In this document: in pieces, positions 19,589-29,003 of the stretch
How positions within the stretch are numbered: position 1 is the first letter of the stretch
How the letters are laid out: each line of letters begins with the position of its first letter
Source: Bacillales bacterium UBA6865
Lineage (GTDB): Bacteria > Bacillota_I > Bacilli_A > RFN20 > CAG-826
Reading direction: 5' to 3'
Length of the DNA stretch: 64,000 nt
Assembly: GCA_002449265.1 (NCBI GenBank)
Contig: DKCV01000015.1
Coordinates: 31,120 to 95,119 of the forward strand
Notes under the pieces: generated by a model
Database searches by the model: none
Told to the model about the DNA's origin: nothing
What the model saw: the letters and a program-made list of their open reading frames with translations, nothing else
Position numbers and translations under genes: made by a program

Positions 19589-19634
19589 TCATGAATCTTA
19601 ATGCGCATTAGTGAGAGAGGCTTCTTCCTTGTAT

Positions 19635-20420
19635 TTATAAAAGTATTTCTAACGCCATCATGATGGCGAAACCAATCATAAAGCTCCATAAACCATAATG
19701 CTCATATCCTTCTTTTCTAGATTCAGGCAATATTTCATCGAGGGTGACGTAAAACATTGCTCCTGCGGCAAAGGATAATAACCAAGGAGTGATGATAGAA
19801 AGCTGCGCTAAGAATAAGCCGATAATCCCAAAAAGCGGCTCAACAATTCCAGATAAGGTTCCGAATAAGAACGCTTTTCCTTTCTTTTCGCCTTCTCCTA
19901 GCATCGGGATAGAGACGGCCGCCCCTTCTGGGACATTTTGAATGGCGATACCAATGGCTAAGGATAAGGCCGCGTAATTTAAATCCATCGCGTTTCCTTT
20001 TAAAGCAAGTCCACAAGCAAAGCCAACGGATAAGCCTTCAGGGATGTTATGAATTGTGACAGCCAAAAAGAATTTGAAGTTTTTACCGAAATTAGATTTT
20101 CTACCTTCTTCTACGCCGGTTGCTTTATGGAAATGGGGGATGGTTTTATCCATAATCCAAAGCAATAATCCGCCAAGTAAGAACCCAGCAATAGGAGGAA
20201 GCCAAGAAACCTCTTTAAGAACGTTTTTGCTTTCGTTAATGGAGGGAAGAATAAGCCCAAATATTGAAGCGGCAATCATGATGCCGCCTGCAAAGCCGAG
20301 GATAAGATTATTTGTTTTCGGTCCAAAGTCTTTTTTGAAGAAGAAAACAAATGAACTTCCTAAGGTTGTAGCTAGGAAGATGATGGATAACGAGATGATT
20401 GATGTTACAGTTGCGTTCAT
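19635..20420 (-). CDS. zupT: ZIP family metal (zinc) transporter
   Basis: 261 aa, polytopic, with HNIPEGLSVG and QNVPEGAAVS motifs. AAGGAGGGGG SD. Confidence 0.85.
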   Translation of the reverse strand: MNATVTSIISLSIIFLATTLGSSFVFFFKKDFGPKTNNLILGFAGGIMIAASIFGLILPSINESKNVLKEVSWLPPIAGFLLGGLLLWIMDKTIPHFHKATGVEEGRKSNFGKNFKFFLAVTIHNIPEGLSVGFACGLALKGNAMDLNYAALSLAIGIAIQNVPEGAAVSIPMLGEGEKKGKAFLFGTLSGIVEPLFGIIGLFLAQLSIITPWLLSFAAGAMFYVTLDEILPESRKEGYEHYGLWSFMIGFAIMMALEILL

Positions 20421-20447
20421 ATCCCCCTCCTTAAATTATGAAACCAT

Positions 20448-20463
20448 GTTAGTATATACTAAC
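20448..20463. promoter_or_regulatory. Perfect 16-bp palindrome GTTAGTATATACTAAC overlapping the predicted -10 of zupT (candidate metalloregulator operator)
   Basis: The palindrome is read directly. On the minus strand, TTGCAA-18 bp-TATATA places the -10 at the palindrome centre, 28 nt upstream of the zupT ATG. Confidence 0.4.
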
Positions 20464-20564
20464 TAATAGCAATGTGTTGCAATATAATAAATAAGGATAG
20501 TGGCGGTGATACCATCACTATCCTTATATTCGCTACGTTTTATTTGATAAAGGAGAAATTAATT

Positions 20565-22034
20565 ATGCCATGCACAACGATTCTAGTTGGAAAAAAAGCA
20601 AGTAATAATGGTTCTACGCTTATTGCTAGAAACGACGATTGCCCATCTGGGTCATTTCACGTTAAGAAAATGGTTGTGGTTAAAGAAAATGAACAGCCAC
20701 GCCTTTATGAATCGAAGATTGGACATCTTAAAATAAAGTTGCCGGATAACCCATTACGTTATACGTTGATGCCGAACGTTGATTTAAAAGAAGGAATTTG
20801 GGGCGCAAGTGGTATCAATAGCGAAAATGTGGGGATGAGTGCAACGGAAACAATCACGACTAACCCTCGTGTTTTGGGCGCTGATCCATATGTCGAATAC
20901 GCTCCTAAAGAAGGCGATAAAGAAGAACAAATCGGCGGCATTGGCGAAGAAGATTTGATCGTTCTAGTTTTGCCTTATATTCATAGTGCTAGAGAAGGCG
21001 TATTGCGCTTAGGGGCATTGCTAGAAAAATATGGGACCTATGAGCCCAACGGCATCGCTTTTAATGACGCTAACGAAATTTGGTGGCTAGAAACCATTGG
21101 GGGGCATCATTGGATTGCGAAAAAAGTTCCTGATGAGCGTTGCGTCATTATGCCTAACCAATTCGGAATGGATACCTTTGATTTTGTTGACGCTTATGGT
21201 GCGAAAAAAGAAAACCTTTGCTCTAGTGATCTGAAAGAGTTCATGGAAAAGAATCATTTATATCTAGGAAAGGAAGGAGCGTTTAATCCGCGCCTTGCTT
21301 TTGGTAGCCACGACGATAGCGACCACGTTTATAACACGCCTCGCGCTTGGTATATGGGGCGTTATTTATGCCCGAAATCGTTCAAATGGGACGGGGATGA
21401 GAGGGATTTTGGTCCAGAAAGCGATGATATTCCGTGGAGCTATCTCCCAGAAAGGAAAGTCACGGTTGAGGATATAAAATATCTTCTTTCCTCTCATTAT
21501 CAAGGGACTGAATATGACCCTTACGCGAAAGGCGAATCGCCTAAGAAATACATGTATCGATCGATTGGAGTCAACCGTACTTCATTCTTAGCGTGCTTAG
21601 AAATCCGAAACAATTGCCCGAAAGAAATCGCCGCGATTGAATGGGTTGCGTTTGGCTCAAATGTTTTTAACGCTTTCGTACCTCTTTATGCGAATGTTGA
21701 TGGCATTCCTTCTTACTTTGGAAATACCACGATGACCGTTTCAACGGATAATTTTTATTGGGCAAATCGTCTTTTAGGTGCTTTGGCCGATGCGCATTTC
21801 CAAAAGAATTCCATTCATATCGAACGTTATCAAAGTCGCGTCGCTAGCGAAGCTTATCGGCTCATTCATTATTTTGATAACGCTTATATGCAAAATCATG
21901 ACTTAGCGATTTTGCACGAAGCAAACGAAACTATTGCAAATATGGCGAAAAAAGAAACGGACAAAGCGCTTGATCATGTGCTCTATGAGTCTAGCATGCT
22001 AATGAAGAATGCTTTTGCTCGTTCCGACAATTAA
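20565..22034 (+). CDS. C69 family dipeptidase (PepD-like)
   Basis: MPCTTILVGKKASNNGSTLIARNDD is the Cys-2 nucleophile N-terminus typical of C69 peptidases. AGGAG lies 9 nt upstream; the ORF-track start at 20472 is rejected. Confidence 0.85.
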   Translation: MPCTTILVGKKASNNGSTLIARNDDCPSGSFHVKKMVVVKENEQPRLYESKIGHLKIKLPDNPLRYTLMPNVDLKEGIWGASGINSENVGMSATETITTNPRVLGADPYVEYAPKEGDKEEQIGGIGEEDLIVLVLPYIHSAREGVLRLGALLEKYGTYEPNGIAFNDANEIWWLETIGGHHWIAKKVPDERCVIMPNQFGMDTFDFVDAYGAKKENLCSSDLKEFMEKNHLYLGKEGAFNPRLAFGSHDDSDHVYNTPRAWYMGRYLCPKSFKWDGDERDFGPESDDIPWSYLPERKVTVEDIKYLLSSHYQGTEYDPYAKGESPKKYMYRSIGVNRTSFLACLEIRNNCPKEIAAIEWVAFGSNVFNAFVPLYANVDGIPSYFGNTTMTVSTDNFYWANRLLGALADAHFQKNSIHIERYQSRVASEAYRLIHYFDNAYMQNHDLAILHEANETIANMAKKETDKALDHVLYESSMLMKNAFARSDN

Positions 22035-22119
22035 TTTTATATTTCGAGAGCGCTTACTCAGAAAACGCTCAAATTTTGCTTTATACTGATTAAGCCAAAA
22101 TATAGGAGGCTAATGAGTT

Positions 22120-23064
22120 ATGGTTAATATTAAAAAAGCAGCAATAATCGGTTGTGGATTCGTCGGAAGTTCAATCGCTTTTGCCTTAATGCAAAAAGGG
22201 CAATTTAATGAACTCGTTTTGATTGATACGAATAAAGATAAAGCGGAAGGCGAGGCAATGGATTTGGCACATGGTTTGCCTTATACCTATTCCATGGATA
22301 TTCACGCTGGCGATTATAGTGAATTAAAGGACGCATCCGTGATTATCATTACGGCTGGCGCAGCTCAAAAACCAGGTGAGACCCGCTTGGATTTAATTCA
22401 AAAGAATTCGCGAATCATGAAATCTATCGTCCGTGAACTAAAAGCGGTCAATGTTGAAGGGATTTTGCTCATTGTCGCGAATCCTGTTGACGCGCTTACT
22501 CACGTTGCTTATGTCGAAAGCGGCTTACCAAAAAACCGTGTCTTTGGAAGTGGCACCGTGCTAGATACGGCTCGCTTGAAATATCTTCTTTCGAAGCATC
22601 TTAATGTCGACGCAAAGAACGTTCATGCGGTTATGATTGGAGAACACGGTGATAGCGAAACCGCGATTTGGAGTGGCGCGAATGTAAGTGGCGTTCCTCT
22701 TAATGACTTTTGTTCACTACGTGGCTATACCGATCACGACGCTGGCATGAAGCGCATTCAAGATGATGTTGTGAATTCCGCTTATCGTATTATTGAGAAG
22801 AAGGGCGCAACTTATTACGGAATCGCTCTTTCGGTCTCACATATCGTTTCTTGCATCGTGAATAATACGCATACGATGCTCCCTGTCTCTACTGAACTCG
22901 ATGGAACTTATGGTTTATCAGGTTTAGCTTTGTCGATTCCTTCTCTCGTTGGTAGCGATGGGGTAGAGAAAGTTCTAGAGCTTCCGATTACTGAAGCGGA
23001 ACGCGCAAAACTAGAAAAATCCGCTACCGCATTAAAGAATGCGCTTGCTGAGATTAAAGAATAA
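22120..23064 (+). CDS. ldh: L-lactate dehydrogenase
   Basis: IIGCGFVGSS NAD-binding site, ITAGAAQKPGETRLDL, GEHGDSE and LDTARL motifs. 314 aa. Confidence 0.92.
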   Translation: MVNIKKAAIIGCGFVGSSIAFALMQKGQFNELVLIDTNKDKAEGEAMDLAHGLPYTYSMDIHAGDYSELKDASVIIITAGAAQKPGETRLDLIQKNSRIMKSIVRELKAVNVEGILLIVANPVDALTHVAYVESGLPKNRVFGSGTVLDTARLKYLLSKHLNVDAKNVHAVMIGEHGDSETAIWSGANVSGVPLNDFCSLRGYTDHDAGMKRIQDDVVNSAYRIIEKKGATYYGIALSVSHIVSCIVNNTHTMLPVSTELDGTYGLSGLALSIPSLVGSDGVEKVLELPITEAERAKLEKSATALKNALAEIKE

Positions 23065-23132
23065 TTCATCAATCCATTTTTAAGTTGGAAAGATTGATTT
23101 TATTGGCTCTTCAAATCCAACGAGAATGAGTG

Positions 23133-23158
23133 ACGGCTGCCTATTTGGTAGCCGTTTT
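23133..23158 (+). terminator. Intrinsic terminator after ldh
   Basis: ACGGCTGCC-tattt-GGTAGCCGT followed by TTTT. Confidence 0.75.
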
Positions 23159-23334
23159 CCATAGGTGAAGCCCTATTTTGATGTTATTGACCCATTGATG
23201 CCTGCTCCAAGTTTTCGAGATTCATACCAAGGACAGCAAAAAATAGTTAAAATATATATGGCCACTTCCATTAAATAATTAGACCAAAAATAGATCAATG
23301 AGGAGGCTTTTTGCTAAGAGCTAACCAAAACAGT

Positions 23335-23371
23335 GAAAAACGATGGGGATGACCAAAACTGCCATCCCCAT
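23335..23371 (-). terminator. Intrinsic terminator after the phosphatase gene
   Basis: ATGGGGATG-11 nt-CATCCCCAT with an A-run on the plus strand (a U-run for the minus-strand transcript). Confidence 0.7.
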
Positions 23372-23389
23372 TAGATTTTGGAAAATTGT

Positions 23390-24073
23390 TTATTTTGTAA
23401 GCAAGCTCCGTATTGCTTTGATATCTTGGCCAGAAAGTCCTAAATAGTGGTAGTAGTTTTCGAATGTGCCAAAACGTTTTTCTAGACTAGATAATATAGA
23501 GGGAAGAAAGTTTTCATCTTTAAGATAATAAGAAGGCGACAAAAACAAGTTTCTACTTTTTATGTAGGCTAAATGGTCTTCTAAATCATCGTAAGACAGC
23601 AAATATTCATGATTGATATCTTTCGTAGAGACATTACAAATTAATAGGAGCAAAGATACGATAACTCCTGTTCTATCTTTGCCAGCGGAGCAATGGATTA
23701 ACGTTCCTTTTCCTAAAGAGATGATTTCTTTTAATATCGGAAGCAATTCTTCTTTTGAGGTAAACATTTCTTCATAGAGAGCAAAGTTACCTTCCTTGCT
23801 TAAGGGCAGTTTTTCTCCCGCTTTGATAAAGAAGGAACAATAAGTGAAATCTTTAGAAACGCTTGTTGGGTCTATTTCTCTATTCTTTGCACGGTGAGAA
23901 CGGAGATCGATAACGTTTTTAATACCGAACTTTTGCAGGGATAATAAATCGTTTGTGCTAGATTTGCTGAGATTTCCAGAGCGGAAGATAACACCTTCTT
24001 TTATTTTGCCATAGGGAGAAAGGTAGCCACCGATATCGCGAAAATTTGGGATTGATAATATGAGCCTATTCAT
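23390..24073 (-). CDS. Protein-tyrosine phosphatase family protein
   Basis: CX5R P-loop HCSAGKDRTG with an NFRDIGG N-terminal motif. Start set at MNRLIL (24073). Confidence 0.8.
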   Translation of the reverse strand: MNRLILSIPNFRDIGGYLSPYGKIKEGVIFRSGNLSKSSTNDLLSLQKFGIKNVIDLRSHRAKNREIDPTSVSKDFTYCSFFIKAGEKLPLSKEGNFALYEEMFTSKEELLPILKEIISLGKGTLIHCSAGKDRTGVIVSLLLLICNVSTKDINHEYLLSYDDLEDHLAYIKSRNLFLSPSYYLKDENFLPSILSSLEKRFGTFENYYHYLGLSGQDIKAIRSLLTK

Positions 24074-24208
24074 CGCTATTATGATAATGAAAATCGGTCT
24101 TTTCCCCAAGAACAAATCTAAGACAATCAATATTCGCGAAACAGCAAATCAAGACTTCTCACTCTTTAGAGTGAATTGAATTAATTTCTTAGGTATAATT
24201 AGGCATTA

Positions 24209-25606
24209 ATGAGAAAAAAAGAAGATAACGCGAATTTGATTGACGAAGGTATTAAACCCAAGAAAAAGGGCAATGGTGCTTGGAAATATCTCGTTACTGT
24301 TGGTCTAGTTTTAATACTTACAGGGATTTCTCTTATCCTTTCTTTGTGGAATGCCGGGAATGGCGATATCGGAGCTGGGGGTAAGATTATCTGGAACGCT
24401 ATATGCGTTGCTTCTTGGAAATGGCTTCTACTCATCTTTGCAATTGTCATACTCGCTTTTTGCATTGATGGCTTAATTCTTTTGGTCTTTTGCCGTTTAT
24501 ACACAAGAAAATACAAATGGCATCAGGGCTTTTTTAATTCCTTAATTGGCGCATTCTATAGTGCGGTTACCCCTGGAGCAAGTGGCGGGCAAGTGATGCA
24601 GGTGTACGTTTTGAAAAAACAAGGCGTCGAAGTTTCTAGCGCCGCCTCCATCATGGTAATGTGGTTCATTCTTTATCAAACCAATCTTATCGCTTTTGAT
24701 TTTTTGGCGATTGGAGTGGAATGGAATCGTGTGATGTCTCTTAGCTCTTTCGAATTCGCTTGGGGCGATTTTCGTCTTACTTTGCTCCCTTTAATCATCA
24801 TCGGTTTCGCTTTGAATTTAGGCACATTGGTAGTTTTGGGTTTGATGAGTTATTCCCATCATTTTCATAATTTTATCCTTCACCATGTCATTAATTTAGG
24901 GGCAAAACTTCGTCTCGTAAAAGACCCAGAAAAAAGCAGAGCGTCTCTTCGCGTTCAGGTCGAGAACTTTAAGATGGAACTTCGCCGCCTTCAAAGCAAT
25001 ATTCCGGTTACAATTCTTTTGTCGGTCTTCTTCCAACTCAATTTCTTTTTACGATATTCTATTCCTTATTTTTCTGCGATTTCTCTTGATGCGGTCCAAG
25101 GCCCTTTCGACATTGCTAACATGTTCCACACTTGTTTTTTGAGTGCCTTCCATCAAATGGTTACCGGCGTTTTCCCTTTGCCTGGAGGAGCTGGCGTTAG
25201 TGAGCTTTTTTTCAATAGCATTTTCCGCGATATTTTCTATCCTACGGTTTCTTCTTCTGGCGATGCGGTTCGTAGCTTTGAGGCCAATATGAACGCTGCT
25301 CAGATTATTTGGCGCTTTGCAACCTTCCATGCGGTCGTGCTTATTTCAGGATTTGTCGCTGCCTTTTATCGAAGCAGGGGAGAGGACAAAGAAGCCTTTG
25401 GCTATGTTAATCGTCAGACATTTATCAATCTTCAATTTGAGACGTATGAGATTAGAAAAGCAAGTGCTGATACCCTTTATGAAACTAGGCAATTAAGCAA
25501 GAAAAGAATACGGGCCGGTCTTAAGAATTTTGAATCGGATAAACCATTGGAAAAAAAGAAGAAACCAACAAAAAATAGTGATTTTACGGGGGAGAAAACG
25601 GAATGA
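24209..25606 (+). CDS. Lysylphosphatidylglycerol-synthase-TM-like (MprF flippase-domain-like) membrane protein
   Basis: Polytopic, with the motif YSAVTPGASGGQVMQVYVLKKQG typical of the UPF0104/LPG_synthase_TM family. No synthase domain. No SD; TATAAT at 24194..24199. Confidence 0.7.
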   Translation: MRKKEDNANLIDEGIKPKKKGNGAWKYLVTVGLVLILTGISLILSLWNAGNGDIGAGGKIIWNAICVASWKWLLLIFAIVILAFCIDGLILLVFCRLYTRKYKWHQGFFNSLIGAFYSAVTPGASGGQVMQVYVLKKQGVEVSSAASIMVMWFILYQTNLIAFDFLAIGVEWNRVMSLSSFEFAWGDFRLTLLPLIIIGFALNLGTLVVLGLMSYSHHFHNFILHHVINLGAKLRLVKDPEKSRASLRVQVENFKMELRRLQSNIPVTILLSVFFQLNFFLRYSIPYFSAISLDAVQGPFDIANMFHTCFLSAFHQMVTGVFPLPGGAGVSELFFNSIFRDIFYPTVSSSGDAVRSFEANMNAAQIIWRFATFHAVVLISGFVAAFYRSRGEDKEAFGYVNRQTFINLQFETYEIRKASADTLYETRQLSKKRIRAGLKNFESDKPLEKKKKPTKNSDFTGEKTE

Positions 25607-26778
25607 AGATCGCTATTTTTACGGATACTTATCCACCAGAAATTAACGGTGTTGCCACTTCCGCTAGGAACCTATATCGGACTTTAAAAGCACATGGAGA
25701 AGACGTGATTGTCATCGCGACTAATCCTTTTGATAGTGAATTTTCATATGTCGATGACATCATGCGCGTTCCTGGAATTGTCATGAAAAATCTATATGGC
25801 TATATTGCTCCAAGCCCCTGGAATGAAAAATGCACCCGCTTGGTTGAAGAATTTAAGCCTGACATCATTCATATTCAAACTGACGGCATGATTGGCCAGA
25901 TGGGTTTTATGCTTGCTTCCCGCTTAAATAGTGCGACAGTGTATACTTTTCACACAATGATGGAAGATTACACCTATTATGCGAATAAAGGTCATTTTGA
26001 CCGCGCTCTAAAAAGTTTGGTCCGTTCTTATGTCCGCTATAAAGCAAATGAAGTAAATGAATTTATTACTCCAAGCGAAAAAATCCGTGAGTATATGCGT
26101 TCGATTAATGTTGACGCTTATGTATCCGTGATTCCGACCGGGATTGATTTTTCTTTGTTTGATCGAAATAAAATTGCGAAGGATAGAGTAAAATATCTTA
26201 AAGAAAAGCTTGGTATTAGCGATGATACGTTTGTGATTCTTTCTTTAGGGCGTGTCGCGAAAGAGAAATCGATTGATGTTTGTCTCCGCGGATATTCTCT
26301 ATTCTTAAAGAAGAATCCTAAAATCAAAACCAAGATGCTCATTGTTGGGGGCGGTCCAGCGATGAATGAATTAAAAGATCTCACAAAGAAACTTGGCATT
26401 GAGGATTATACTACGTTCGCGGGTCCAGTTAACCCTGATTGTGTGCCTCCTTATTATGCGTTAGGCGATTGCTTCGTGAGCGCCTCCACTAGTGAGACTC
26501 AAGGTTTAACTTTCATGGAAGCGATGGCAAGCGACAATGTTCTATTTGCTCGTTATGACGATTCCTTAGCGGATCTGATTCATGAAGGGGAAAACGGCTT
26601 CTTCTTTTTTGACGAGAGCGATATGGCGAAGAAGCTTGAACACATCGTTTCTTTAACCCAAGAAGAGAAAATGAATATTTTCGTTAATGCCCATGCCTCC
26701 ATTGAGCCCTATTCCTTGGAGCGTTTCTATTCATCGATTATTGAGGTGTATCATCGTGCCATCAAAAAGAATTATTAA
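25603..26778 (+). CDS. GT4 glycosyltransferase, diacylglycerol glucosyltransferase-like (glycolipid synthase)
   Basis: MKIAIFTDTYPPEINGVATS N-terminus and a C-terminal E..G....EAMA motif (SETQGLTFMEAMAS). ATGA overlap with the upstream gene. Confidence 0.8.
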   Translation: MKIAIFTDTYPPEINGVATSARNLYRTLKAHGEDVIVIATNPFDSEFSYVDDIMRVPGIVMKNLYGYIAPSPWNEKCTRLVEEFKPDIIHIQTDGMIGQMGFMLASRLNSATVYTFHTMMEDYTYYANKGHFDRALKSLVRSYVRYKANEVNEFITPSEKIREYMRSINVDAYVSVIPTGIDFSLFDRNKIAKDRVKYLKEKLGISDDTFVILSLGRVAKEKSIDVCLRGYSLFLKKNPKIKTKMLIVGGGPAMNELKDLTKKLGIEDYTTFAGPVNPDCVPPYYALGDCFVSASTSETQGLTFMEAMASDNVLFARYDDSLADLIHEGENGFFFFDESDMAKKLEHIVSLTQEEKMNIFVNAHASIEPYSLERFYSSIIEVYHRAIKKNY

Positions 26779-27544
26779 TATCAGTTCGGTAACTCGTGAT
26801 AAGAAAGGACACTATTTGATTAAGGCAGGACCTTATTCTTTTTCATTGAACGAAAATGCTTTTACGGATGGATTTTACTATGAAGGAAAAGAATTAAGCG
26901 AAAGTGATTTATCCTTATTAAAAGAAGAATCAAATCTCACTTTGCTTAGTGATTATGCCTATTCTCTTCTTTCTAGAAGGAATTATTCTCGTCATGAAAT
27001 CAAGGAAAAACTCCTTCAAAAAACTAATAATGAAAAATCCGTTTCTCATGTCATTAAAGAATTAGAAAAATATGGCCTACTCGATGATGAGACTTACGCG
27101 AAAGACTATAAAGAGAGTAGAGAAGCCGCTTTATATGGGAAAAACCTCATCCTCAATGAACTTCGTTACAAGAAAGGGATTTCGCCTAACATTTTAGAGA
27201 AACTTACCTTCACGCAAGAAAAAGAAAATGCGAAGAAGTATCTATTGCGCTTGTCTCGCTCTTTAACTTCTTATCCTCCTCGTGTCCGCAACGAAAAAGC
27301 GAAAAACGCTTTATGTAGACGCGGCTATTCTCTCGATACTTTTGACCCTTCTTTATTAGAAGGAGAAGAAGACAAAGTCATCAATAAGCTGAATTTTGAA
27401 GCAAATCGCGCTTATTTGCGGTATAAAGAAAAATATAGTGATTATGAATGCTTCGCCCATTTATATTCCTTCTTATTAAGAAAAGGGTATGAACGAGATG
27501 ATGTTGAAAACGCAATAAGGAGTATTAAAAATGAACATTTGTGA
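26756..27544 (+). CDS. recX: Recombination regulator RecX
   Basis: Repeated helical RecX modules (LLSRRNYSRHEIKEKLLQK, VIKELEKYGLLDDETYAKDY, LCRRGYS, LLRKGYERDDVENAI). GTG at 26756 with GAGGTG 7 nt upstream is preferred over the track start at 26687, which lies inside the GT4 gene. Confidence 0.75.
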   Translation: MPSKRIINISSVTRDKKGHYLIKAGPYSFSLNENAFTDGFYYEGKELSESDLSLLKEESNLTLLSDYAYSLLSRRNYSRHEIKEKLLQKTNNEKSVSHVIKELEKYGLLDDETYAKDYKESREAALYGKNLILNELRYKKGISPNILEKLTFTQEKENAKKYLLRLSRSLTSYPPRVRNEKAKNALCRRGYSLDTFDPSLLEGEEDKVINKLNFEANRAYLRYKEKYSDYECFAHLYSFLLRKGYERDDVENAIRSIKNEHL

Positions 27545-28478
27545 TTTAAAAAGCGGCGACCATATCGAAAACGCCCAATTTCTCATTAGCGATCTAAAAA
27601 TGTGCGTTAGTAATGGCGGAAAGCAGTATTACAACATGACGCTTCAAGATAACACTGGGAAAATTGATGCGAAAAAGTGGGAAATTTTCCCTGGTGACGA
27701 AGATGTTTTCGTGATTGGGAATGTTGTCAATTTCAAAGGGGAAGTCAATTTATACAATAATTCTTTGCAGTTTAAAGTGCTTTCCGGGGAAGTCGTTCCG
27801 ACCACTCACATTGATATTGCGCGTTTTGTACAGAGCGCTCCAGAAGCTGAGAAATCTCTTGAAAACGATCTTCGCGCATTTGTTTCCTCCATTAAGGACC
27901 ATGATTTGCATATGATCGTTGCCGCTTTGCTTAATGACAATAAGAACGCTTATTTATCTTATCCGGCCGCTGCAAAGAACCATCACGCCTACGCTAGCGG
28001 GCTACTTTACCACAGTGTTTCCATGACTCGCCTAGCTGATCAAGTTTGTAAACTTTACCCAGCTTTAAATCGCGATTTATTAATTTCAGGAACAATACTT
28101 CATGATTTAGGTAAGGTAAAAGAACTCACAGGGTTGATTGCGACCCAATACACGACCGAAGGAAGACTTATTGGGCATTTAGTCATTGTAAGTGAACTCA
28201 TTGACGAGAAAGCCAAAGAGCTCAATATCCATAGTGAGCAAATTCTTTTATTGAAACATATGATGCTATCGCACCATGGAAAACTCGAATATGGCGCGGC
28301 GAAACTACCAGAAACAAGAGAAGCGCTTGCTTTAGCGATGATTGATGATTTCGACGCTAAGATGGAAATCCTTCGCATTGCTTATGAAGGCGTTGCACCA
28401 GGTGAGTGGACAAATAGAATCATGGCTCTTGATGGACGTAATTTCTATAATTCTCCGTTTGTCTCTCCAAAAAAATAG
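27531..28478 (+). CDS. yhaM: 3'-5' exoribonuclease YhaM (OB-fold + HD domain)
   Basis: N-terminal OB fold (YYNMTLQDNTGKIDAKKWE) and an HD domain (GTILHDLGK, HHGKLEYGA). 315 aa. Confidence 0.85.
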   Translation: MNICDLKSGDHIENAQFLISDLKMCVSNGGKQYYNMTLQDNTGKIDAKKWEIFPGDEDVFVIGNVVNFKGEVNLYNNSLQFKVLSGEVVPTTHIDIARFVQSAPEAEKSLENDLRAFVSSIKDHDLHMIVAALLNDNKNAYLSYPAAAKNHHAYASGLLYHSVSMTRLADQVCKLYPALNRDLLISGTILHDLGKVKELTGLIATQYTTEGRLIGHLVIVSELIDEKAKELNIHSEQILLLKHMMLSHHGKLEYGAAKLPETREALALAMIDDFDAKMEILRIAYEGVAPGEWTNRIMALDGRNFYNSPFVSPKK

Positions 28479-28484
28479 CAAAAA

Positions 28485-28520
28485 GAAAAGAGGCAAGGAC
28501 TCGTTCCTTGCCTCTTTTCT
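28485..28520. terminator. Bidirectional intrinsic terminator
   Basis: GAAAAGAGGCAAGGA-ctcg-TTCCTTGCCTCTTTTC between convergent yhaM and HIT genes. Confidence 0.85.
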
Positions 28521-28937
28521 TTATTTCAAGGCTTTTCCGATATTCGATGCGAGGAGAGGAAGATCTTCTTTCGAAGTATCTTGACTTTTCATCGTAATCT
28601 GGAAACCACCTTCTCCACCGATATATCTAGGAATGACATGGACATGGAAATGAGGAACGCTTTGTCCTGCCGATTCGCCAACATTGGTGAGAATATTTAC
28701 GCCTTTAGCGCCTAGAACCTGCATTTCGGCTTGCCCGATTCTTTGAGCGACATCAAACACCTTATGCATTGTTTCTTGTGAACAAGATAAGAAATTATCG
28801 TAATGTTTTTTCGGCATAACTAACGTATGACCTTTCGTGACTTGGGAAATATCAAGTATTGCTAAAACATCATCATCTTCGTAAACCTTGGTTGATGGTA
28901 TTTCCCCATCGATAATCTTGCAGAATACATCTTTCAT
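28521..28937 (-). CDS. HIT family (histidine triad) protein
   Basis: HFHVHVIP triad with N-terminus CKIIDGEIPS. 138 aa. Confidence 0.9.
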   Translation of the reverse strand: MKDVFCKIIDGEIPSTKVYEDDDVLAILDISQVTKGHTLVMPKKHYDNFLSCSQETMHKVFDVAQRIGQAEMQVLGAKGVNILTNVGESAGQSVPHFHVHVIPRYIGGEGGFQITMKSQDTSKEDLPLLASNIGKALK

Positions 28938-28957
28938 ATTTTTGCCTCCATAAAATT

Positions 28958-28984
28958 AAAGGAGCGAGAGAACCTCGCTCCTTT
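28958..28984 (-). terminator. Hairpin after the lipoprotein pair, 21 nt upstream of the HIT start
   Basis: AAAGGAGCGAG-agaac-CTCGCTCCTTT. On the minus strand it is followed by a T-rich run. Confidence 0.65.
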
Positions 28985-29003
28985 ATTATAGTCTATTTAA
29001 CGA

